Assembly: GCA_977862235.1 (NCBI GenBank)
Contig: OZ374564.1
Span: 2,542,001-2,606,000 of the forward strand
Source: Dudresnaya verticillata
Taxonomy: Eukaryota
Length of the DNA: 64,000 nt
Direction: 5' to 3'
Position 1 is the first letter of the stretch. Each line of letters opens with the position of its first letter. This document shows positions 34,674 through 44,363 of this stretch, in pieces. A program made the translations under genes and the position numbers. Below the pieces are notes generated by a model. The model did no database searches and was not told the origin of the DNA. It saw only the letters and a list, made by a program, of their open reading frames with translations.

Positions 34674-35081
34674 TTAAAGGTACATCTTGATGGAGGTGCT
34701 CCACGATGGACACCCCGGGCTTGACCAAGTAATCGTGTTGGCGTAAATGTTAATGTTAATACCCAATTCGCGCTCGGGGTTGTACAGCAATATAAACTCC
34801 GACCATGCCTTGGGTGGTTTGTACTCAAATTCGATTGGCGCGGGCCTTACGCCGTGATTCACAAGCAATTGGTTCCACTCCCATTTGGATTTGGAAACCT
34901 CATAAAAATTACCACCGCCATACAGGACGAATTTAATCTTGGGAAAAGGGCTCGCTTTGATTGCGTTGGAGTGATCGACCTTCTCGGCAGCATTCAGATC
35001 CATGGCGCCACCTTGTGGGGCAGCAGTAGTGAGAACGACCAGTACCAGAGACATGGTAACGAAGAGAGATGTAGAGGCCAT
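34674..35081 (-). CDS. Small secreted protein, paralogue 3 (135 aa)
   Basis: Intact ORF with the same leader, upstream region and 3' flank as paralogue 2; mature part strongly diverged. Confidence 0.75.
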   Translation of the reverse strand: MASTSLFVTMSLVLVVLTTAAPQGGAMDLNAAEKVDHSNAIKASPFPKIKFVLYGGGNFYEVSKSKWEWNQLLVNHGVRPAPIEFEYKPPKAWSEFILLYNPERELGININIYANTITWSSPGCPSWSTSIKMYL

Positions 35082-35451
35082 CATTATTCTTAAATTCGTT
35101 GGGGGTAGGTAGGCCTTGGGAGAGGCTGCACAGCAAGAAGATAAGTTGTGGATGGGATCGAAATGTGAAGAAGCGGTTAAAAGCGGTGTTTGGTTGAGAT
35201 GGATAGGAAGCAAGGATGGTTTTCACATGGTACTCGGCCTTTATATGCGATTTGGAAAGAATGAACCAGTAACTCTGTCTGTGGCAATAGGACTGGGTAA
35301 CAATTGTGCAGCGATTAACAAGAAGAGATGCAGTTTTCTGGCAAATTACAGACTCATACTTGTAAGAGAAGGGCGAAGAAGGGACAATATAGCTGTCATT
35401 GGAATCCTCATTCGAGTATCACTACACTGCTCTTACGTAAGACTTGTGTGC

Positions 35452-36848
35452 TAGAGCGAGCGAAGTTTGGCATGCTGTTTGGTAAAGGAATGGAGAACGG
35501 TATCCGACACCATTTCCTTCACCTGCATCCGCCGCCATTTCACCACCGATATACCTGAATGTGCTCCGTAATGCAGTACCGTTTCGTCCTATTCGCACTT
35601 TGTTCTATCATATGTGTTACAGTGGGGGGATTCACAGTACTATTTTTTGCTACAAATACACATTGAGATGCTGCAAACAAGCGGCACACCTGCCCCGTAC
35701 TGTGAATCCCCGGGTGACAGTGCACGGGTGCAGAACGAGTGCGCTCAGCACACACAAAACTGACCTGTCTGATCTGCGCCATGCCAGAAGCCAGGGTCAA
35801 TCTCGAAATCCACACGCCGGGAAGACAAACTTCATTCGATCCTTCACCAGCCGCGTACTCACGATGCCTCGCATTAGCAAACGCGCTAAGCGCTGGCGGG
35901 AGCTGCGGAGTCAGTGTAGCTCTGCGGTCTTGTGGGACGGAATTCGTATGTTACGACTGTGCCCTGATCTCTCGCTGCAAATCGCTGGTTTGTCTCTTCC
36001 GTCAAGTATGCTTATGCTTTTGCTGCTCCTGCTGGAACATACCACACTTTCAGCATCAAGGTACCTTCCCGATTCGAGAAGGATCGCCGTTCCGAAATCC
36101 TCTGCGTGGATGCGTAGAATTCTTCCGGTATATGACTCGGTCCGCCGCGCGGTTTACATTCGCGTGAGTGATGAAGTTTTCGAGGCATACTGAGGCTAAT
36201 CAACACGAGCGGCAGGCGTTTGTTCTTCAAACGCAAAGGCCCCGAGCAACTGAGCCAAAGAACACAAGTCGCGATTGGACTTATCCGGATTGGCTGTTAC
36301 GGAAATTCCGCGTCTACAGGAAGAATTGCGGAACTCTTCGGATGTGGCGAAGGGATGGTTACCAAGGCAACATCTAGAACTGTTGCTGCACTGAGAGTCC
36401 TGCCCTGCTCTGTGATCAAGTGGCCATCAAGGGAGGTGCGGAAACGCTTAGCTGAGAGAACAGCAGATAAATATGGCTTTAACGGCGCTATTGGCAGCGT
36501 AGACGGCACCACAATTCCTCTTTACAAAGCACCATCTGTAAGATCTTGGAACGTTTACGACAAGAAGTCACGGTATTGTCTTCACGCGCTGCTGACTGTG
36601 ACGCACGACTACAAGGTAGTAGATATTGTGGTGAGATACCTTGTACCTGCTCCGGATTCGATTGTGCAGAGGGAGGCATATTGGCAGCGGTTTTCCAGAC
36701 AATGTTTTTCCCTGATGGATTATTTGCTTGGTGACAAAGGAATGTTAATGACAGAGGAATTTTTAATTCCGTTTAAAGGAGAGGCGGCTGCATTTCCGGA
36801 CAACACAAACTTTAATCGACAGTTAGCCAGGCTGAGGATTGTAGCGGA
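35452..36848 (+). mobile_element. PIF/Harbinger transposon remnant (degenerate DDE nuclease, ~35864-36848), interrupted by element D
   Basis: GAIGSVDGTTIPL...YLLGDKG...FLIPFK...FNRQLARLRIVA are HARBI1/DDE_Tnp_4-type motifs. Homology to the secreted-gene upstream region stops at ~35450, and the ORF is cut at the LTR starting 36849. Confidence 0.85.
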
Positions 36849-37367
36849 TGTAATACAGTGAAGGGCTTACAGAAGTGGGCCCTCTGCCCCCGTGTATACG
36901 CGGAAATAGCGTTACCTGTAGGGCGCCAGCAGGGACAAGACGGGTAGCCTATGATTGGTCCAAGTGTCACTCTGCAGGTCAGTAGCTTAGTATCTGTGTA
37001 TTTATTTTAGAAATTATAGCTTAGGATAGGGGGCGTGTATATAGCCCAGTATGAGGGTTGCTGCCTGACAGTCGGAGTACCATATAAGGGTACCTCCCGT
37101 AGCGGTCACTGAACAGTAAAGGCAAGCACCTTCCGGCCCCAACTACGTCTCCAAGCTATCGGCACCGCAGCACACTTGTCACCCGTGCCCGGTTAACCGC
37201 CCGCCCAGTGAACCACCTTCAGTATCGTGCTTCCAATCAGGTTACGTGCCCTCGTCTACTCTCTGGGTTCCTCCCGCTCTACCACCGCTACCAGGTACCC
37301 GCTCTGTGGCTTTCTCATTGAGTGCACTCTTTGAGTGCACAAGAGACCTAAAAGGCACTTCCTTACA
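36849..37367 (+). repeat. 5' LTR of element D (519 bp)
   Basis: Starts TGTAA where the Harbinger ORF is cut and ends TTACA 2 nt before the PBS; TATAAG at ~37083. Confidence 0.85.
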
Positions 37368-37369
37368 TC

Positions 37370-37387
37370 TGGTCTCCCGACCTAGAA
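37370..37387 (+). promoter_or_regulatory. Primer-binding site of element D (probably tRNA-Tyr)
   Basis: TGGTCTCCCGACCTAGAA. Confidence 0.9.
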
Positions 37388-37466
37388 CTTCAAGGTTGGT
37401 GAGCCGTTAAGAGAACGACGAATATCGTAACCCAATTGGATACTGAAGAAAATCAACCCACCAAGG

Positions 37467-38363
37467 TGTGGTGCAAGGGGAGGCGAGCCCTTTTTCGCTG
37501 AAAGCGGTCGGACTAAATACGTCGACCGACGGAGAAACCGCCACCGGCGCTCACCACCGCCGTTGGCGCGCGAACACGTCATCGACGGCTTGCTGAGGCG
37601 CGCGCGCGCACTGCGCGCCGCGCGCCACGCGGGCACCGTACAGTGCTGGGCCGACCTGGCGCCTCGGGGCACTGTAGCGCGGATCCGGATGCGATCCTGA
37701 TCCGGCATCCAGATTGGCTATCTGGATCGCCTAAGCTGTAAGGTATGCGCCTGTAAGGCTGCGGGTATCAGCATTGCTGGTCCGGTCCGGATGGGATCAG
37801 GATCGGACGAGTACCAGATTAGATCTAAGGCACACGCTCTACAGTGCGCGCGCACGCGCGGCTGTAAGACACACGCGTCCACGTGTACGTGTAAGCACCC
37901 ACACAGGGGATTGTACGGCGATCTATCAGACGCGCGGCTGCATGTGACGCGTGATCTGTCAGACGCGCCTCGGGACGACACGTGTCCCGAGTTCCCGCGC
38001 TACACGCACGCCGCCGCGCCGCCGTACTATACTTAGGTAAGCCGTCCCAGACGTCACAGTAAACACCCGGGCAAGCCGGCCTTGGTCCAGACTTCCCCGT
38101 TCCGCACGCGCGCATTCTACCGCTGCCTACGGCTAAGCGTCTACCTCCCGTGCTTCCACGTCTACCATCGTCCTTGACGTGTTCCCCTTCTCTTTCCTTT
38201 TTCCTTCCTTTCCGCCTCGGGCGTTTACAGTCCGCCCAAGGCGTGTCCCTTTTGCTCTACCACCAAGTCGCCCACAGCGGGACTACCTACCGCCGAGGGC
38301 GCAGCTACCCACCGAGCCCCGAACTGCTCGGCGGTCTATCGTCACTGGACGCTTTGCACCACG
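37467..38363 (+). mobile_element. Solo LTR of the element-B family inserted in the leader of element D
   Basis: Diverged copy of 6808-7718 with ends TGTGGTGCAA...TTGCACCACG and near-TSD CAAGG/CTAGG. Confidence 0.93.
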
Positions 38364-38384
38364 CTAGGCCCCTGTTACTCCAAG

Positions 38385-40093
38385 ATGTCAACTCACTCTC
38401 AAAGTAGTTCCCGTCGTGGTCAGAAGGCGGAGCAGACCCCATTGGTCCCCCCAGTTGAGGACCCGGAGTCTTTGCTCCACCCTCCGAGAACTCCTGGAGT
38501 AGAACAAGAGGAACCGCCTGGTCAAGCATCCACCAATCCCGTAACAGGTAAACCCTTAGCCGGTCCTTCGAAAGAAGTCGCAAGGTATCCCCCGCTACAT
38601 TCCAACCGTAACCATTGGGTCAATACTGATCTGATGCCCCGTCTGATCAACTGGCTACATGATGAGTTGACCCTTCGGTTACCTCAAACGGTTGAACCAC
38701 TAGTGGGACACTTTCTAGAGGAACAAGGTCCAAGGACACTCTTAGAGTTTGCCGCCACGGCTACTGACAAGTTAGTCCAGTCATGGACCACTCAGCCGGA
38801 CAGTAGTCCAATCTATGGGATGCTTACCAAAATGGTTCCCCCGTTGGTCGCTCAGTCTCTCGAGGCCTATGGGCAAGCAGCGGACCCTTCAACTGGACCA
38901 AAGTCTAAACCCACAGGGGAAACCAAAGTGGAAAATAAGGAGGATGATGTCGTCCCTCCTGGCATCGTTCTACCAACCGAAACTGGTGATATAAAAAGGG
39001 AACCCGAAGGGGGTTTGTCGGACTCCGAAGGTAGTAAGAGTAACCGACAAGGATCGAAGTCCAAGAATTCTAAAAAGAAGAAGAAGAAGGACAAACGAAA
39101 GAAAAATAAGAAGAAACATCACTCATCTGAGTCTGACTCATCGTCAGTTACCTCAGATGGTTCAAGTTCGGATGATTCATCCGATGATGACCGACGGCGC
39201 CGTCGCCGGTCGTCTAAACCTACAAAGGTCAGGAGGATTAAACCCCTTAACGACCTATTTACCCGAGTGGTTAGCTTTCAAAGTTACCGATTAGACAACC
39301 GCTCAAGGCTTTACTCTTCGAGAATCTCTCGGAAAGTAAATACCTACTATAAGAGGATGGCTATTCAGATGCCACCCTCTCGGTTTTCGGGTGTAGACCC
39401 GATTAACATCTTGGGTTTCCTAGCAAGGTTCAAGGATGCCTGTAACCACAACGACATCCATGAAGGAGCGGCCGTTTGGTTACTACAATATTTTATGGCA
39501 GGAACCGCAAGGGACAACCTTCAGGCCAGGCTACAGACAAGAACCAGTATGGTTGTGGACTCCGAAGATGAGGGAGATTTGTTGACAACGTACCCCGAAG
39601 TGGTTAATTACCTTTTGGAAACTCATGCCACCGATGAGGTTATTGCGCTAGCCTATGCTGACGTAATCTCGTTGAGACAAGCAGAAGGAAAAACGGAACG
39701 GGACTTCGCAGAGTTAGTAAGAGCCAGAGCTCGCCGTTGCGGGTCGGTATTTACGGAACACCGCCTCAAGGCGATCTTCGTTGATGGACTCCTCCCGAGT
39801 ATCCGTGCACCGGTTCGTAACCGGTTGGCGTCTTCAAAGAGTTTGTCCTATACGCAGATTACACAATATGCACAAGACCTTGGAGAAGCTCATAGGAGTA
39901 CACGTGGGACGACAAACCTAAAAGGTAAAAGGGGAGTAATTCCCGTCGCCGCGGTTAGCTTCGAGAAGCCACCGTCTCACTCCGTGAGTACGTCGACAGC
40001 TACCTCTGATGGTTTACCGGGCATGGAAGACATTCATGAAGAGGAGATTTTCCAACTCGGTGAAGACTTATCCAAGCAGTCTATGTCACCCCC
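38385..40093 (+). pseudogene. gag: gag of element D, 5' part (interrupted by the DNA transposon)
   Basis: VSFQSYRL...FSGVDPINILGFL...YPEVVNYLL capsid block. No knuckle before the insertion; the knuckle is found at ~59125. Confidence 0.92.
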
Positions 40094-40570
40094 AACACCC
40101 ATTTAAGCCATTCCAGAATATGACTTTGAAAACAGACTGGAGTCGAATAGCTATTTTATGGTATTATTGGAAAGGGAAGCGTGCCCTGAGTACGATGGTG
40201 AAATCCGATTGGCCAACGGACCATTTGTTCCAAAGTTATGGCGGTTTGCGTGATTTTAGACAAAATAATTCCGGGTTTTCCGAAATTTAATTTCTTTGCG
40301 TCGATTTGGCCCGGCCGGGCCACTCCGTGGTCCGGACTGGGCCAAATTGGTCCACCCGGTCCCCACCTGCCCCATGCGCTCGCCCCCCTCTCCCCGATGC
40401 CACGGCACGCCCCCCCCATGGCACACAATGCCCCGGTTGTACCGTGCCCCCCCGCGCACCGCACCACAGATGCGTGCGCGGCCCTGTTTCCGCAGCCCCT
40501 ACTCTGCTGCGCCACGCCTTCTCACCGCACCTACTGTACTGTCCTGTGCGCGTCCGTACGGGAATACAGA
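40094..40570 (+). repeat. Left TIR of the 19-kb transposon
   Basis: Reverse complement of 58592-59072 with only scattered mismatches. Confidence 0.95.
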
Positions 40571-40609
40571 CTGCCTCGTCGCCCGTTTCCCGCACCCGCC
40601 CCGCGAGGC

Positions 40610-41095
40610 TCATGACCAGGGACAGCAGGTGATCGACGGCGCCGGCACGTATTCCGCCGACACCCCCGCCTAGTTTAGCGCCCATGCAGCTCAAGGCGCA
40701 GAGCGGCTCAAGCTCGTTGCCGCCCTGGGCGCCCAGGCCTCCGGCAAGTAGACCGTGCTCAACAACCTCTTCGGCATCTCGTTTCAGGTCGCCCCGCGCT
40801 CCACCGACGCCACCCCGGGGACCACCGGCATCCTCTCTTCATTTTCCCCCGCCAACCCGCTTCAATCCAGTCGCCCTGGATGTCGAGGGCGCCGACTCCC
40901 GGCAGCGCGGCCGTGACAGCCGTGCCTTTCAGGCGAGGTGCGCTGGATTCGCGTCTGCAATTGCTGATGTCATTCTGCTCAACCTGTGGTATCATGACGT
41001 TGGTCGTTTTGACGCCGCAGGGTATGCGCTGTTGGATGGCATTTTCGCCGAAGCTGTCAAGAACGCTGAGCAGGACCCCGGGTCTTTCAAAACTT
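40610..41095 (+). pseudogene. SEY1: Captured fragment of an RHD3/SEY1 (atlastin-like) GTPase
   Basis: QVIDG...LVAALGAQASGK*TVLNNLFG (P-loop with a stop), then after a frameshift LDVEGADSRQRGRD...ADVILLNLWYHDVGR. Confidence 0.85.
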
Positions 41096-41161
41096 CAAGA
41101 TGACGTCGTGCTCCCGCAGCTCGAGTTGCTGCTACAGTCCAATGCAAAGGAGATGAGCAGG

Positions 41162-41620
41162 AGACGTCCTTCACTGTGAAGCTATTACCTTCACGGTTAA
41201 TAACCGTTTAACTCGCTGCGCTGTTCCATCTCAACGAACATTATCTGCTGTGGCAATACCTTCGGACAAGACTGGGTCAACACCACACACAAAGCTTTGT
41301 TTAATACCCTTTACATCCAAACCACCTTGATATCCAAACCCACTCACGCCTCTGATTCAGGATCTTCTACGGTCCACTCCAACGGGACCTCCCAGCCCAG
41401 CAACCCTAACACACCCCGAGCTCCCCTCATCACCCCTTCTCCAACCTGGCCAGCCCTCGCGATCATTTCACGTGCCCATCCCATGAGCTGGTTCCGGAGC
41501 CAAAAAGTGGTATCCAGCTCAGCCAGGGCAACTCCGCGCGCCTCGATGATTTCAGCGCGGAGCTCCCTGAGTTCTTCTACAAGCCTTTCGGGAGCTGTGT
41601 CGGAAGGTAGCATTTTGTCA
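41162..41620. repeat. Inner inverted repeat, left copy
   Basis: Reverse complement of ~56578-57037; more diverged than the TIRs. Confidence 0.9.
41344..41613 (-). CDS. 89-aa helical protein of unknown function, copy L
   Basis: Intact ORF of the same length as copy R, with many synonymous differences between the two. Confidence 0.7.
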   Translation of the reverse strand: MLPSDTAPERLVEELRELRAEIIEARGVALAELDTTFWLRNQLMGWAREMIARAGQVGEGVMRGARGVLGLLGWEVPLEWTVEDPESEA

Positions 41621-41785
41621 CCGTGCATCACCCGTGGGGTCCGCAGTGTCCTTCATATAGATCTCGACACCGATACATTGTCTGCACTGAGTATAGAAAA
41701 TACCAGCATGTATACATCGAAGACAGCCACTTTGGCTGCACAAAGTTTAACAACATCCACCTGCCCAATGTCTATCGTTTCGGAT

Positions 41786-42315
41786 TTATCCTGACTCATC
41801 AAAGAACGCCGTGGCATACAAGACGCTGATGTTATGTTTAGCTTGCTCGGCCCTCGCCCTCCTGACCTCCTCCGAACCTTCCATATTTTCCTTGGCATGA
41901 TGCCATGTGACTAATAAACGGCACATTCTCTCCAGGTCGCGAACGGGCGCGCTTGCCGTCCTAGTTGCCTCGAGTAGCACAGAATCTATGTCGTGAGCTG
42001 TTGCACCATAGAAACCGTCATCACAAACTTCATAATCTCGGTCCTGTACACGGCATCCAGCATATTGCAGTCATGCTCGTGTTGCGATAGAACATGGTTC
42101 AACTCGCTGTTTCGACTTCCATTCATGAGTGTTTCGCTCTCACGGACTTCCAAAGCGTCCATCACCCGCCGTGGAAACTGCAAATACTCACTCCGAAGCC
42201 TCCTCGAGCGATTGTTTAGTCTGCATTTCAGCTGCGCTCTGACGTGCTTGTGAAACTTTCCAAAAGCAGCTTGCATGTCCGCGGACGCGGGAGCTGCACC
42301 AAGGCCCGAAAACAT
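41786..42315 (-). pseudogene. Transposon-borne hypothetical protein, probably one ORF split by a frameshift (41986-42315 and 41786-41980)
   Basis: Adjacent helical, protein-like ORFs in different frames; no recognised motif. Confidence 0.4.
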
Positions 42316-42560
42316 TGTTGTGCTAGACCCGATAATGTAGAAGCTCTGCTTGCTCTGATGCGAGCTTGGCGTTAGCTGTGAGGGGATCTACTATGTTGGT
42401 AAGGGGTGAAGTATGCAGTAATGAAAATAGACGAGCCTCTCTTCACAATCTCGGCTCGAGCCGCGGAGTTCTTTGACGCTCCACTTGTGTTCGTACGGCA
42501 TGCATTTCAATAGACATCAATAAGGGGATAGATCTTACTTCGATCTGCAACGTGGGGTAT

Positions 42561-43452
42561 TTACACTACCTGTCCACGTTGTACGTTTACGCCGCCACGT
42601 GGCGTCGTTCGTGGGTTGTCGTTTTGCAAGCAGGCAAGAATGTGTAGTGCCTGAGGACCTAAGCAAACTGTTACCGGCTGTACATAACACGAAGATCTGG
42701 GGGCACATGGCAGACGTAATGAAGACACGACATGTGAGTAGGAGGGATTCCTGCTGTTCCAAATCGGAATACTAACCGGTCCGAAAAACCAATATGTGTC
42801 AAGCAGGGAATTTGTCCGCAGCTGAACCACAGCCAAAACGCCTTTACTACAGCTCTTACCATGGGTCACACTTTCCTTTACAATCGAATGTACTGTCACT
42901 GCTCAGCTTCTCTATTTCCTTCTTTCTGCGATTGAACTTCTGAACAGCACAGTAGTACTCGTTTCTCTCACGGTAGTTACTGAACTTCCTTTCCCCACGA
43001 CACCCAACCTCAAGCAGAATGGCTAAACTTGGATCTGCCAACAGCTTCTGGTTCTCTCGATCCTGAATTTCCTGCGTGAACCGTTTGAATGCCCCTGTAC
43101 ACTCCTTCTCCTGCTCGTATCGAGACAATGAGCACTCTGAAATCCTTCTCAAGAAGCGTTGGAAGACAGACCGATCGAAAGGTCTGAAACCGAGTTTGTC
43201 GTATCCGCGTACTGCTATTCCGCGAGTCCTCATCAAGCAGAGAACTGAGAACAATTGATGCTCTCCGATTCGACACGCCATTTCCTCAGTGCTCTCATCT
43301 TCTGTGCAGAGCATCTTGAGGTCGAATGAGGACAAGTCTTCAGAAAGCTCCAATTTGTCCAGCTGAAATCCGACAGTTCTGTTACACTCTGATGTATCTA
43401 GCGACCTGCCCTGGCTTCCGACTCGTTCGCTCATTGTCTCTCCAGTCTGCAT
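42561..43452 (-). pseudogene. Transposon-borne hypothetical protein (198-aa ORF 42856-43452, possibly continuing in 42561-42899)
   Basis: ATG-initiated, charged helical ORF oriented divergently from the methyltransferase gene; no recognised motif. Confidence 0.45.
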
Positions 43453-44363
43453 AACGAGTTATCCTTCTGTTTGTTTCGATATTGCCCGCGCACTGTGTGT
43501 GTGGACGCATTACCCCCAAGATTTAAGTGTTCAGTTGTCAACTATTTATTCCAGATGGTAGAGCGGCTTTTTTCGAAACTGTACAGATCCCAACATAGCC
43601 ACGTGGATTAAGGATATGGCCTAATCAAGGAAATGGGCGTGTCTGTAGCCACGTTTTGTTTCAGATTTGACTTTGTACAGGGCCTGTCGTGGATCGCTTC
43701 CGACGTGGGAAGACAGAATTTTGCCAATACCCTTAAACGCAGTGTCTATGCTATATACGCTATATATGCTATTGGATGATATCTCGAGATATCATGTAAT
43801 CAAAGTACCCTTTCCGCATATCTCAGTGGATAATAATGCCTCCCGCCCTGCTCAAAACAGCGTCACTGTGGCCTTTACGTGTTGTAACGTGGCGGAAAAG
43901 GCTGCATGATTTCTTACTCCACCTAAGAATTCAGGTGGCCCCTCATGAAGAGGAAAAGTGAAATCAGAACCTCTGGACGGTAGGTTTGTCCTGTCGTATG
44001 GTCTCCCGATTCTTAATCCTACACTTTGCGGACTGTACGGTAGTTTTCACTGATTAAAGCAGTACGAGTTGCACGAGGTGGTCAAACCGTTCTGGCACTA
44101 GACATGGGAATACTGAACGGGCATGTGCACTGCAGTATCAATATGCCATCCACTGACTCTGAAATGATTGCAGCCTGAGCCTCGACGACAACAAAGTTAA
44201 CAGAACGTTTCACGCCTATACGAGCATAAGCTCGTGTCCCGCAACGTTTTATCAAGACATTCAGCATCCTGCAATAAGGGCTGCAGAATTGCGGAACCCA
44301 CAGAACAGAACTGTGACAGACCTTCGAAACTCGCCGCCGCGTTCAACAGGGAGTTTGTACGAG

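Noticed and set aside
40238..40694. Pro/Arg/Gly-rich ORFs mirrored at 58309-58928
   Set aside because: They are frames of the GC-rich TIR, shifted by indels between the two copies.
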